NCBI GenBank assembly: GCA_963842945.1
Contig: CAWJIM010000018.1
Span: 32,001-96,000 of the forward strand
DNA from: an uncultured Gemmatimonadales bacterium
Lineage (GTDB): Bacteria; Gemmatimonadota; Gemmatimonadetes; Gemmatimonadales; GWC2-71-9
Direction of reading: 5' to 3'
Length of the DNA: 64,000 bases
Positions within the stretch are counted from its first letter, which is position 1; each line of letters starts with the position of its first letter. The position numbers and the translations under genes are program-made. This document shows, piece after piece, positions 36,714-48,076 of this stretch. The notes beneath the pieces were generated by a model. The model saw only the letters and a program-made list of their open reading frames with translations. It did not search any database and was not told the DNA's origin.

Positions 36714-39394
36714 CTACATCTTCGGGTTGACCAACCTCTCGAAGCGCGGGTTGCCGCGGAGAGGCGCGAAGTTCGGATCGATCTTCAGCCAGCCCGGGGT
36801 GAGATAGTACGGAACCTTAAGCAGTGGCTCGAGGTGGTCTAATGCCTGCTCGTGCTCGCCCACCAGGATGTAGATGCGCACGAGCTGGTGCTGCCGGTAC
36901 GGGCCGTAGAGCGCGTCCTTCTCCATCGGATATAGCGAGAGCCCGAGTCGTCCCTCACGGATCGCCTCACTCTTCCTGCCGAGGTAGGCGAGGGAAAGGC
37001 CGTGGACCAGGAGGCGGTCCGGGTTTCCGGGGGTGATCCGAAGCTGCTCCTCGACGTCGATGCGGGCTGAATCGGCGTAGATTCGAGCGCGCGCGGAGTC
37101 GCCGCGATGCCACCAGGTCTGAGCCAGGACGATGCCCCAGACGCTCCGATCATCATCGAACGCGTTGGGTCGCAGGCGCAGCAATAGCTGCTGCTGGTCC
37201 TCGTTCAGAACCCAGTAGAGGTCGTAGTAAGTAGCGAAGAACGCCGCGAGGGCGGCCTGATCTCACCTCCTTGGGGGCCGAGGCTATCACGGACCGTGCC
37301 GCAGGAAGGTCGCCTTCGGCGAGGGCGATCTTTGCCTTGTATTCAATGAGGTCGATGTTATCAGGCGCCAGTGCGAGTGCCCGATCCGCGGCGGCGCGCG
37401 CCTCCGGGAGGCGGCGTAGGTGAAGGAGGACCTGCATAACGTTACGCGGCGGATCGATAGAGCGGGGATCGAATCGCTCAGCTTGTCGGAAGTGGGCCTG
37501 CGCCGAGTCCCACTGGCCGAGGCTCTGCTCGAAATACCCCGCCGCGTTGAGCAGGTCTGCATCGCGCGGCGCCAGCCGCCTTCCGCGTTCGAACTCTGCG
37601 AGTGCGTGTCGGTGATCCCTTACTACCATCTGGTAGTAAAACCCAAGAGCCAAGTGGGTATCCGGACGGCTGGGACCCAAGCGCTGTGCTTGCTCGGCGG
37701 CGTACTGCGCCTTCTGGGCCGCCGCCTGAGTCGGGGTGCTGTTGGTGTAGAGAAACGTGTGCGCGATCGAGAGCTGTACCCAGGCTTGGGCGAACCCGGG
37801 GTCGAGCGACACCGCTTGCTCGTAATAGGCCGCCGCGCGGCGCAGCATTGACGGGTCACTGGAGAACAGCGTCGGCCAAATCTCCCGACCCCTCAGGTAC
37901 GCGTCGTAAGCCTCAGTGTTCGCCGTTGGCTTCTCGGCCAGCTGCCGCCGTGCGCTGTCGCCCAGGGCCAGCCCCAGTTCCTCAGCGACTCTACTGCCGA
38001 TATCGGCGTACATCTGGAACACGTCGGTGAGCGACGCCTCGAACGGCTGCTGCCATTTGATGATCGGCGATGGTCCGCCACTGACCTCCACCAGCTCCGG
38101 GGCCACATGCACTTGGCTAGCTCCCCCGGGCGCCTTACTCCAGCGCACGGTGGCGGTCAGCAGGTAGCGGACGCCCAATTCCTTGGCAATCTGCTGTGGT
38201 TGCCTCGTCGTCTTCTTATACGGCGTGGAGCTTCCGCGAGCGATGACCTGAATCCCCGGCAGCGTGGAGAGCCTGCTCCGCACTTCGTCGGTAACTCCGT
38301 CGGCGAAGTACCTCGCCCTCCGCCGCGCCTAGGTTCTCGAACGGCAACACGGCAAGGAGTCTGGTCTGCTCCTCGCTCCTTGGTGGACGCCACCATGCGA
38401 ATAGCAGCGTGAAAGCGATCAGGATGGTAAGTGCCAGCGTGGCGGCTGATGCGATGACCATCCGCCGTCGCCTGTGGCCCGCCGAAAAGGCAGAACGGGC
38501 ACCAGCCTCCATCTCCGGTGCCGGGAAGATTGGGCTGACCGGAGCGAGCTTGGCCCCCAGCAGAAGCGCGCGGCCCATTTCCGCTGCCGTGGCGAAACGA
38601 TCGGCTGCTAATGGCGCCAGCGCCTGGGTTACTGCACCCTGCACCGCTTCTGGAACTGCCGGACGCACCCGCCGAACCTTTGGGACGGGGTCGCTGAAAC
38701 GCTTGGCGATGATCGCCTGCGCCGTCGGCCCGGTGAACGGCGGCTCGCCCGCCAGCATCTCGTACAGCACGCAGCCCAGGCTGTAGATGTCGCTCGCGGC
38801 CGTCGAGCTCGCTCCGCCGCTGGCCTGCTCCGGGCTCATGTAGGCCGGCGGTGCCGACGCCATCCCGGTCTCGGTCAGCTGCGCGCCACCCGCCTGGCCC
38901 AGCGGCGCGGGCGATCCCGAAGTCGGCCACCAGCGCGTGCCCGCCGCAGAGCAGGATGTTCTCCGGCTTGATGTCGCGATGGACCACGCCCTGGCCGTGG
39001 GCGTAGTCCAGCGCCTCGGCCACTTCGCGCGCGATCCGCAGCGCCTCGTCGACCGGGAGCTGCGGTCTCGCGCTCGAGCCGGTCCCGCAGCGACTCGCCC
39101 TCGACGTAGGGCATGACGTAGTAGAGGAGGCCGTCGGCCTCGCCCGAGTCGTGCAGCGGCAGGATGTGGGGATGCTGCAGCTCGGCCGCGATCTCGATCT
39201 CGCGGAGGAACGCTCGGCGCCGAGCGTGGCCGCGAGCTCGGCTGCAGCACCTTGAGGGCGACCTGGCGGTCGTGCTTCAGGTCGTGCGCGAGGTAGACCG
39301 TGGCCATGCCGCCCCGGCCGAGCTCGCGCTCGATGCGGTAGCGGTCGGCCAGGGCGGTAATAAGGCGGGGGAGGAGCTCTGCTCAGGGGGTCAT
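36714..39394 (-). CDS. Ser/Thr kinase - TM - TolB-N-like - TPR protein (multiple frameshifts)
   Basis: [73 protein letters not shown]. Confidence 0.9.
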
Positions 39395-39488
39395 CCAGCT
39401 AGTGCGAGAAGGTAGAAACATAACTGCTGGCGTTTTTCACGGGCTTTTCACGCACCCATGTCAGCGGCTCGACGGGCTGGAGGGCTGA

Positions 39489-39869
39489 TGAACCCCGAAA
39501 ACCCCGGTAAAAACCCCGGACGGACCATCCCCATGCGAGTTCAGCCGCATGGTGGAGCCCTAAACAGTGGCGGTCGCTATCCCGGCTCTGGCCGGCCGCC
39601 TTCGGTGGTGCGGCAGCGCTGTCGTGGAAGCTTTCTCGAGCGGGTGGCCACCCTGGAAACGATTGCGGACGCAGAGGAGGTGCCAGTGCGAGATCGGATC
39701 CGAGCGATAGATGTTCTGGGCAAGTATGGCCTCACCGCCAGGCCGAGTAGACGTGGAAGAGGTGCGGACCATGCTCAGCCGGACCGTCGCCAAGATCGAG
39801 GAGGTGTGCGATCCGCAGAGCCTGCCGGAGCTGCTGCTGAAGGCGATTGAACCGATCTGGGACGACTGA
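39489..39869 (+). CDS. Phage-type small protein, terminase-small-subunit/DUF5681-like (frameshifted)
   Basis: GG..PGSGRPPS, L..IAD, RDRIRAIDVLGKYG; continues VEEVRTML..IEPIW in another frame. Confidence 0.45.
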
Positions 39870-39912
39870 GGCTCAAGGGCGTATGAACCAGAATAGTGGT
39901 ATTGGAGGCTGT

Positions 39913-40898
39913 ATGAACTGGGCCGTCTTCGTGGGTTCCCTCTGGCTCGCGATTGTCCTGGAGGCCTGCTCAGATCCTCATCCCGAGGCGGGGGTCCTTC
40001 GAGTAAAGATCATCAGCCTCACGGACGTTCCGGGTACGTGGCGGGAGCGGGAGGCGTGCGTCTCTTCTACCGCCTCGATGGGGATGGTCCGGATACGGTC
40101 ATGGTGCTCCACGGCGGCCCCGGATTCAATCTGGAAGGGCTCCGGCCGATCTCGGTCAGCTCGCCCAAAAGCACACGCTCCTCTATTTCGACCAGCGGGG
40201 GAGCGGCCACTCCGAGATGCCCGACACGCTCCGACTCACCGCCGCGCTCATGGTCGAGGACCTGGAGGCACTCCGGCGGGCCTTCCACCTGGACCTCCTC
40301 ACGCTGCTCGGCCATTCCTGGGCGGCGGGCTCGCGGTGCTCTACGCGGCCCGCTATCCCGACCAGGTCCGAAAGCTGATCCTCGTCGGCCCTATGGCACC
40401 GCGGAAGCATCCCTACACCGACCAGTTCCTCGCCAACATGACGGCGCGCCAAGACAGCGCCGAGAAGGCGCGCATGGCACTCTTGGACACCATGTGGGTG
40501 GCCGCCCCAGGCGAGACCTCACTTTGTCGCGAGGGAATGCGGCTATTCCTGCGCAGCGTCGCCGCCACACCCGAGGCCGCGGGTCGCATCAAAGGAGAGA
40601 TGCTTCGGACCCGGAAAACCGCCGGTCGATAGAGGTGCTGCAGCGCCGGGGGGTGCCTCGATCGCTGCCAACGGAGACCCTGACGGCCCCTACGACTGGC
40701 GGCCTCTCGCCCGGCGGTTTCGGCTCCCACTCTGGTGGTACACGGGGATCAGGACCCGATGCCGCTGACCGGCGAGCGAGGAGTGGGTGCGGCGCTTCCC
40801 CACGCGCGGCTCGTGGTGATCCGCGGCGCCGGCCATTACCCCCACGCCGAGCAACCAGACCAGTTCTTTCCTGCCGTCGAGGACTTCCTCACTCGATG
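39913..40898 (+). CDS. Alpha/beta hydrolase, proline iminopeptidase-like (multiple frameshifts)
   Basis: VLHGGPG, FDQRG, LLGHSWGG, HGDQD, AGHYPHAEQP across frames. Confidence 0.85.
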
Positions 40899-41062
40899 AG
40901 GAACCACAGGCAAGGAGCAGCTTAGGAGAGGACACCCCCCGAGAGAGGGGGAGGGGGGGCCCCCGGGTGTGGCCGTACCCTCAAGCAATCGCGCAGAAAT
41001 TTTGCAAAAATTTTTCGCAGGATCGAGATATTCGTGAATGAATATCTATCGGAGAAGTCGCA

Positions 41063-41330
41063 AGTGAACGCAGCGGGACTCCGGGAACTCCATGCGGCCT
41101 CGCTGCCTACTGCCACTCCGGTTCCAGTGCCGCGAGAATGGCTGCTGGAGCTGTTGACGAACGGGTCTCCCCAATTGCAAACCAGCCGAGCGGATCTCAC
41201 CGCCGAGGAGGTGGCTCCGCTTCTCGGGCACTACGGTGCGGTGGGTATACAGCCATGCCGACCAGCTCGGCGGTAAGCGGTTTCGAAGCGCTGCCTCCGG
41301 TTCCCAGAGTCAGCTATCCGTCGCCGCATT
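41063..41330 (+). CDS. Excisionase-like HTH protein (one frameshift near 41228)
   Basis: Removing one G gives DLTAEEVAPLLGTTVRWVYSHADQLGGKR, a MerR/HTH_17-type pattern. Confidence 0.6.
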
Positions 41331-41416
41331 GAGCGGCGATAAGAGACCTTTGCCAACATCCCGCTCGGTTTTGGCCCTGCTAGGAAGCGCCATCAGTCCC
41401 CCCTATAGAAGCCACG

Positions 41417-41861
41417 CTAGCACCTATGCATTATCATGACACCGTCTGTGGGCTGTTCGTCGCTCCCGTGGCCCACACCTTGATCTCGGCCATAGTAGGT
41501 GCCGTCGGGCAGGCCTGTGCCATCTACCCACACCTTCATGGTGGACGGCGCGGTCCCATACCTGGGCGATCTCTTGATCCAGGTCGCACTCTTGGTGGAT
41601 GTCCAGTTGAGGGTCCCACCCCCAGTGTTGCTGATGGATAAGGACTGCCCGAGCGGCATCAGCACGCGACGAGTGCTGGCGGGAACGAGTAGGGTAGCAG
41701 AGTCGGAGGCGCCGCCGGCTGAGCAGCGATAGTGGGGGCCGCCGCCGTCAGGCTCTGGGAGGCTGTGGCGGGGCGGTGGGCGTATCTGAGGAACAAGCTG
41801 CCAACACCACAGTGCTGGCGACCGCGAGCGCAGCGTGACCGAAGTACCGACCTTTGGACAT
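41417..41861 (-). CDS. Lipoprotein with BACON/Ig-like domain (frameshifted)
   Basis: VLAAC lipobox; QSLSISNTGGGTLNWT...W, GL..GTY.G. Confidence 0.65.
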
Positions 41862-42162
41862 ATAGGGCCTTCCGTGCCAGGGGATGCCGGAGCGAGTTCC
41901 AGGCGTGGCACGAGGCCCGAAAGGCGACATTCTGACGTTCACTAGCTACATCATACTTGTAGAACGGGAAAACTGCGTGAAAAGGATCAAGGCACCTGTC
42001 TTGGTGCGTGCCGATGAGGCTACTAGGCGGTGATGAAGTAGCGGAGAAGATGAAAATGAGAGAGGGCTTTGTTCGAGCTACAGCCGTTAGACACCCGCAA
42101 CTGCTCATTTACTTATGTGCTCATGTGTTTATCCTTGGGTATCGACTTAACCCGAGGCGAGT

Positions 42163-42390
42163 ATGGGCACAAGGCAGAAGGGCAGAAAATCCCAATCACA
42201 AAGCGGGCGCTTGTCCAACGCATCAATCGTCATCTCCGAAAGCAAAATGAGGCATTGCGGGGGAAGCGGGGGGAGAATACGGGCGAGTATTACCTTGTGG
42301 ATACAAACCGGAATGCCTAATCGAGGAGAGCGTAGCGATAGAGAAGCTAGGGCGAGAGCTAGGCGTCCTCGATCCCTATGAACGGCGGAG
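42163..42390 (+). CDS. Small phage-type hypothetical protein (frameshifted)
   Basis: ITKRALVQRINRHL..GEYYLVD..RN..EKLGRELGVL across frames. Confidence 0.45.
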
Positions 42391-42399
42391 GACCGAGAT

Positions 42400-43569
42400 A
42401 AGACGAGCGAACCAGCATCAGAGCGGCGGGAGTTCGGGACCCTGCGGCTGCGTGGCCGCATCTGGTGGCTACGCTACGTGTCGATGGCCGCGGAGCACGA
42501 GGAGAGTTCTCACTCGACCAGCCGCCGGGAGGCCGAGAAGCTCCTTGCCCGTCGCCAAGCGGAGTCGCGGTGGGCAGCTCACTGCTCCAGACCAAAGCGG
42601 GTCACGTTTAGCGATCTGGCCCAGATGATCCGCGACGACTACAGGGTCCGAGGCCGGCGCTCCACCGTGACGCTGGAGGGGAGTCTCGCCAATCTGGAAG
42701 GCGTTCTTCGGTGCCTGCCGGGCGCTCGCCATCACCAGTGACCGCATTACCACCTATGAGCGGGAGCGACTCGACGCTGGAGCCGCACGGGCGACGGTCA
42801 ACAAAGAATTGGCCGCACTCCGTCGGGCCTTCAACCTCGCCGTGAAAGCACGTCGGCTCCCCGTCTCGGCCAAACCCGTCCATCTCAACCCCCGACCCAC
42901 ACAACGCCCGGTCGGGATTCTTTGAGGAGTCTGACTTTCGCGCTGTGGTTGGCAGAATTGCCCGAAGCCCTTCGGCCTGCTCTTGAGTTCGCCTACTTCA
43001 CCGGCTGGCGGGTGCAGGACGAAGTGATGGCCCTGACATGGGCACAAGTCGATTTTGCGGCCGGGACCGTGCGGCTGGAGCCAAACACGACCAAGAGTGG
43101 CAAGGGGCGGACGTTCCCCTTCTCTGCTCTGCCCGAGCTGGCGGCACTCCTGGAGCGGCAGCGGGCGCATACCGACACTGTAGAACGGCGAGAGGGCGCG
43201 GTGATCCCCGACGTATTCCACCGGAACGGCCGGCCGATCAAGAGCTATCACGGCGCATGGTGGGCAGCGTGCAAGCGGGCAGCAGTGGAGAAGCGTGGCG
43301 GGTTAGAGATTGTGGTCCGTCCTCGGGTAGTGGGTCGGACGCCTCACGACTTCCGGCGCACCGCGGCCCGCAATCTCATTCGGGCTGGCGTCCCTCAACA
43401 CGTCGTGATGCAGCTCTGCGGCTGGAAAACGGACGCGATGTTTAGCCGTTACGCGATCGTTGACGAGCGGGACCTGCAGAGTGCGGTAGAAATGCTGGCT
43501 AAGGGGACAACCGGGGGACAATCGAGGGAAAAGGCTTTGAGTGCTGTCCGGAAGAGCAATGCTAAGTGA
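42400..43569 (+). CDS. Tyrosine recombinase/integrase (frameshifted; start approximate)
   Basis: RGRIWW.RY arm-binding-like start; ATVNKELAALRRAFN; catalytic TGWR, HDFRR, GWKT, SRY. Confidence 0.93.
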
Positions 43570-43582
43570 TTGTCGTGTAACA

Positions 43583-43666
43583 TGCCCGGGGCGGGACTCG
43601 AACCCGCACGGCCTTTCAGCCAAGGGATTTTAAGTCCCTTGCGTCTACCGATTTCGCCACCCGGGC
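43583..43666 (-). tRNA. tRNA-Leu (anticodon TAA), CCA not encoded
   Basis: GCCCGGGTGGCGAAATCGGTAGACGCAAGGGACTTAAAATCCCTT..long variable arm..GCGGGTTCGAGTCCCGCCCCGGGCA. Confidence 0.97.
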
Positions 43667-43690
43667 CTGGGGATGACGAAATATACCGTT

Positions 43691-44878
43691 TCAGCCCGGG
43701 ATCGCTTCCCGCCGCACGCCGGCCGACGCGCGCGTGCTCCAGGTCTCGGGCCACCGGCCAAACCGCGACTGAAAATCCCCCGCGATATCCGCCACGATTC
43801 TCCGCTCCTCCTCGGCCGGCGCCAGGACTACCACCGCACCGCCCCAGCCGGCGCCGGTCAGCCGCGCCCCATACGCCCCGTGCGCGACCGCAGAGTCCAC
43901 GATCAGGTCGGCTTCGGGGATGGTGGACTCGTAGTCATCCCGAAGTGACGCGTGGCCCTCCACCAGCAATCGGCCCAGGCCAACCAGATCGCGCGCCGCC
44001 AGCGCACGGGCCGCCGCCCGGGTGCGAGCCGTCTCGGTGACGACATGGCGCACCCGGGGCACCAGCGGAGGCGGCAGCCGCCGCTCCACCTGCGGCAGGT
44101 CCGCGGGCATGAGCTGCGCCAGATACTCGAGTCCAGGTCTCCAGTCGCGGCAAAAGGCCAACGCCTCCTCGCACTCCTTCCGCCGCTGGTTGAGCGAGCC
44201 GCCGGTGAGCCGGTGCGACAAGCCGGTCTCGACGATCCACAGCCGTCCCGGAAACGGCACCCGCTGAGTGGTCATTGTCGCAGTCTCGAACAGAAGGGCG
44301 GAACCTCGCTCACCCTGCGCCGCTATTGTCTGATCCATCCGGCCGCAGCGGACGCCCACCTGGAAATTCTCCGCCCGGAACGCCACCTCGGCCAGTTGGG
44401 CTGGAGTGAGTCGCTTGCCGGCCAGCAGACTCAGCGCCTTGGCGGCGGACACGGTCAACGCCGCGGAGGACGAAAGGCCAGCGCCGATGGGTAAGGTCGT
44501 CGCAATGGAGAGCTCCGCGCCCGGCGGTGCCACGCGCAGCTCCCGAAGCTCTCGGACCACGCCCACGATGTAATCGGTCCACATCTCGCGGGTGGGTGCG
44601 GCGATCTCGACCTGCTGCACCGATTCATCGGTGTCTGATGTCAACATCCATCCATCGGCCACCCGCGCCGCTATTGCGGTCCGGCGTTCGATCGCTACCG
44701 GCAGCACCGGTCCACCGTTGTAATCGGTGTGCTCGCCGATCAGGTTGACTCGTCCCGGAGCCGACGCGACGATGCTGGGCCGGGTGGAAAAGCGGGAGGT
44801 AAACAGCGAACTTGCCAGCCTTGCCGACGACACAGGACTCACGCTGGACGGCTTTTCTCGGGAGGGACTTTGGGGCAT
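43691..44878 (-). CDS. galK: Galactokinase (start may be slightly internal)
   Basis: APGRVNLIGEHTDYN, GAGLSSSAA, CGRMDQ, GARLTGAGWGG. Confidence 0.95.
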   Translation of the reverse strand: MPQSPSREKPSSVSPVSSARLASSLFTSRFSTRPSIVASAPGRVNLIGEHTDYNGGPVLPVAIERRTAIAARVADGWMLTSDTDESVQQVEIAAPTREMWTDYIVGVVRELRELRVAPPGAELSIATTLPIGAGLSSSAALTVSAAKALSLLAGKRLTPAQLAEVAFRAENFQVGVRCGRMDQTIAAQGERGSALLFETATMTTQRVPFPGRLWIVETGLSHRLTGGSLNQRRKECEEALAFCRDWRPGLEYLAQLMPADLPQVERRLPPPLVPRVRHVVTETARTRAAARALAARDLVGLGRLLVEGHASLRDDYESTIPEADLIVDSAVAHGAYGARLTGAGWGGAVVVLAPAEEERRIVADIAGDFQSRFGRWPETWSTRASAGVRREAIPG

Positions 44879-44881
44879 TGC

Positions 44882-46411
44882 GTGCGACGCCTCGGAATAG
44901 TGGCTTGCCTGGTACTGCCCTGTCGGGCCGTCGCCCAGCTGCCTCCACTCGGTGTCCCCGGGGGTGTGGTCCGACTGGAGCTGGACGGGAGATTCACGAC
45001 CTTCGATCGCCGTTTTTTCAACGGCCAGCGGGAGGGCTACGGAGCCGACCTCTCCAGCCCGGCGCTCGGCAGCGACCGCATCCCGCTGCTGGCGGATGCG
45101 GATGCACGAGTTGGCCGCATCATCGGCAATGCAGGCTATCGGATCAATCTAGGGGGGCTGACCACCGACGCGCAGGCCAGTGCCGGGACCGGCTTCATCG
45201 GCCTGAGCCTCGGGCTCACCAGTCACATCGCCATTTTCGGCCGCGTGCCGCTGGTGCAAACCAAAGTCCAAAGCTCCAGGCTGCTGGACCCGGCCACGGC
45301 CGATGCCGGAATCAGCCCTTCGATTGACCAGCAGTTTCCCTTCTTCAGCCAGATGGATGCGTCGCTGTCCACCCTCAGCGCCAGGATCTCGGCCGGCGAT
45401 TATGACGCCAATCCCTCCCAGAAAGCGTTAGCCCAGAGCACCCTGGCCGATGCCACCGCACTGCGCGATGATCTCTTCGGTCTGCTGGGCGACCCCACCA
45501 CCGCGGCTCCTGCACTCCCCACGAGCGCGAGCGCAGCGGGTGCCGCAATCGATTCGCGAGTCGTCGCACTCCAGACCACTCTCTCGTCCGATCTCGGGGT
45601 AACCGGATTCACGCTCACTCCGGCACTCCCCGCCAGCGCCATCACCGAGCCCGAACTGACCGGCCTGCTGACCGATCCCACGGGGCCGATAGCCCTGCGG
45701 CTCAACGACGCGACCCAGACCTTTCGCGGCGATGCGGAGGTCGGCACCTCGTTCACGCTGGTGGATCACTGGGACCGTGGGGCTGATCGGGGTGGGTTCC
45801 GCGCTGCCCTCTCGGGACTGGTTCGGCTGCCGACCGGCCTACGGGAAAGCCCGGACCGGCCTCTCGATCTCGGCACGGGTCAGGGTCAGACGGATATCCA
45901 GGTGGATCTGGTCACCGATCTGGGAACGGGCGCGTTCGGAGCGCGTCTCACCGGCAGCTACGTGCGGCAACAGGGTTCAGACATCCTCGTCCGGGTCGCC
46001 AGCCCCAGCCAGCCATTCGCCGGTCGCGACCGGCTGGCCATCGTTCGCCGCGATCCGGGGGACATCGTCGCCCTGGGCGTACATCCCTTCTACCGGCTGG
46101 CTCGCACCTTCGCCCTCACGGCTGGCCTGGACCATTGGACCCACGGCACGGACGTGGTGTCCTATGCCCATCCCGAGCTGCCGGTTCCCGGAGTGGACGC
46201 GAGTCTATACGCCGAGGAAAGCAAAGCGAATGCAACGATGCTGACGGCGGGAGTGACCTACGCCAATCCAGGTGGGCTTCGTCCGGGAGGAAACGGCCTG
46301 CCGGTGGACGCCACCTTGACCTACGAGCGGGTGCTCCGGGCCGGCGGCGGCCGAGTGCCGGACACGCACGCCATCCGGACGACTCTCAACGTGTACTTCG
46401 GTCTTTGGTAG
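44882..46411 (+). CDS. Hypothetical exported/outer-membrane protein
   Basis: Signal peptide, beta-barrel-like C-terminus ending YFGLW. Confidence 0.65.
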   Translation: MRRLGIVACLVLPCRAVAQLPPLGVPGGVVRLELDGRFTTFDRRFFNGQREGYGADLSSPALGSDRIPLLADADARVGRIIGNAGYRINLGGLTTDAQASAGTGFIGLSLGLTSHIAIFGRVPLVQTKVQSSRLLDPATADAGISPSIDQQFPFFSQMDASLSTLSARISAGDYDANPSQKALAQSTLADATALRDDLFGLLGDPTTAAPALPTSASAAGAAIDSRVVALQTTLSSDLGVTGFTLTPALPASAITEPELTGLLTDPTGPIALRLNDATQTFRGDAEVGTSFTLVDHWDRGADRGGFRAALSGLVRLPTGLRESPDRPLDLGTGQGQTDIQVDLVTDLGTGAFGARLTGSYVRQQGSDILVRVASPSQPFAGRDRLAIVRRDPGDIVALGVHPFYRLARTFALTAGLDHWTHGTDVVSYAHPELPVPGVDASLYAEESKANATMLTAGVTYANPGGLRPGGNGLPVDATLTYERVLRAGGGRVPDTHAIRTTLNVYFGLW

Positions 46412-48068
46412 CTCGCTCGCTTCGCAGCATGGCCTGGGCATGACGGCGCGCGGCGTCGCCCTCCGCGTCGCCCAGCATCCGGGCAATCTCGTTGATCCGA
46501 TCCTCCCCGTGCAGAACCTGCACGTCGCTGGTGGCAATGCCCCGGCGAGCCTCCTTTGAGACCACCAGATGGTTGTCGGCCCGAGCCGCGATCTGGGGAA
46601 GATGGGTGATCACCAGCACCTGATGGCGTTCCGCGACATCAGCCAGCGCCCCCCCCACCTGCACTCCCACTTCCCCGCCGATTCCCTGATCCACCTCGTC
46701 GAACACCAGCGTTGCGATGGCATCGTGCTTCACCAGCACCACCTTGAGCGCGAGCATGAGGCGGGACAGCTCGCCACCCGAGGCTACCCGGGCGAGGGGC
46801 TTGGCCTCGAGTCCCACGTTGAGCTGGACCATGAGCTGGACGGCCTCTTGCCCGTGAGGTCCCGGCTCCGCGGAGGGGACGAGCACCACCGTGAGCTTTC
46901 CACCAGGGAGACCGAGCTGGGGAAGCAACCGGTTTACCCCGCGCACCAGACGGTCTGCCGCCGCCTGTCTTTTCGCGCTGAGCTGCCGGCATGCCTCCTC
47001 CAGCGTCCGCTCGGCGGCCATACGTCGGGCACCCAACCCGCGCAGGTCGGTGTCAGCGGTATCCAGCAGATCGAGCTCGGCGGCGGACTCCTCCCGGGTG
47101 GCCAGTACGGCCTCGAGCGAGGCTCCATATTTTCCGGTGAGGCGAAACAGAAGGTCGCGGCGTCGCTCCACCGCGGCGAGCCGGTCGGGATCTTCCTGAA
47201 CCGCCGCCGCGTAGTCGGTCGCGAGCCGGCTGAGCTCCGACAGATTGGCGTACGCTCCATCCAGCAGCTCTCGCCATTCGGCAGTGGCGGGGTCGACCCT
47301 CTCCAACGAGGTGAGCGCCCGATTGGCCAGGCCGAGAACGCCGAGGGCGTTTCCTTCGTCGCCTTCCAGCGCGTCGACCATGCGCTGGGCCTGCTCCACC
47401 AGGGCGCGGGCCTGAGTCAGCCGGCGGGCCTCGACCTGAAGCGCCTCATCCTCCCCGGGCTTGATCCCGGCACCGTCGATCTCATCCACCACGTGCCTCA
47501 GATAATCGGCGCGGCGGCGGACTTCATCCCGGCGGGCGGTCAGGGAGGACTCCTCGTCCTTGAGGGTGGAGACCAGCTTATACGTCTCGGCGACCGCGAT
47601 TCGTTCCGCCTCCGCGTGCGCGAACGCGTCGAGAATATTCCGCTGGGCCTCTGGATGCAGCAGAGACTGGGTTTCGTGCTGGCCATGGAGATCCACCAGC
47701 AGTCCGCCCAGCTCACCCAATACCGCTGCGGTGGTGGGGCTGCCATTGACCCAGGCTCGCGATCTTCCCTCGGTGGAGACCTCGCGCCGTACTACCACCC
47801 TGCCGTCTTCCACGTCCAATCCCAGATCTTCGATTCTTCGACGGGTATCTGATTCGATTTCCTCGAATGCTCCTTCCACCACGGCTTTGGCCGCGGTGGG
47901 CCGGACGCTGCCCGCAGCGGCACGCTCGCCCAGCAGAAGTGCCAGGGCATCGACCAACATGGATTTGCCGGCGCCGGTTTCCCCGGTCAGCACGTTGAGA
48001 CCGGGACCAAGGTGCAGGCTTACATCGGCGATGGTGGCGAGATCTCGTACTCGAAGCTCGGTGAGCAT
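46386..48068 (-). CDS. recN: DNA repair protein RecN
   Basis: TGETGAGKS, HGQHE, ASGGELSR, FDEVD, ITHLPQIA. Confidence 0.97.
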   Translation of the reverse strand: MLTELRVRDLATIADVSLHLGPGLNVLTGETGAGKSMLVDALALLLGERAAAGSVRPTAAKAVVEGAFEEIESDTRRRIEDLGLDVEDGRVVVRREVSTEGRSRAWVNGSPTTAAVLGELGGLLVDLHGQHETQSLLHPEAQRNILDAFAHAEAERIAVAETYKLVSTLKDEESSLTARRDEVRRRADYLRHVVDEIDGAGIKPGEDEALQVEARRLTQARALVEQAQRMVDALEGDEGNALGVLGLANRALTSLERVDPATAEWRELLDGAYANLSELSRLATDYAAAVQEDPDRLAAVERRRDLLFRLTGKYGASLEAVLATREESAAELDLLDTADTDLRGLGARRMAAERTLEEACRQLSAKRQAAADRLVRGVNRLLPQLGLPGGKLTVVLVPSAEPGPHGQEAVQLMVQLNVGLEAKPLARVASGGELSRLMLALKVVLVKHDAIATLVFDEVDQGIGGEVGVQVGGALADVAERHQVLVITHLPQIAARADNHLVVSKEARRGIATSDVQVLHGEDRINEIARMLGDAEGDAARRHAQAMLRSERATKDRSTR

Positions 48069-48076
48069 AGTGCGAC

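Larger units (their letters stand above)
36060..43638. mobile_element. 7.5-kb integrative island at tRNA-Leu(TAA), phage-satellite-like
   Basis: Identical 56-bp direct repeats 36060-36115 and 43583-43638 (3' part of the tRNA); tyrosine integrase at the tRNA-proximal end. Confidence 0.93.

Noticed and set aside
42075..42095. attC 3' end GCCGTTAGAC in the island
   Set aside because: No matching upstream RYYYAAC core or stem was found.
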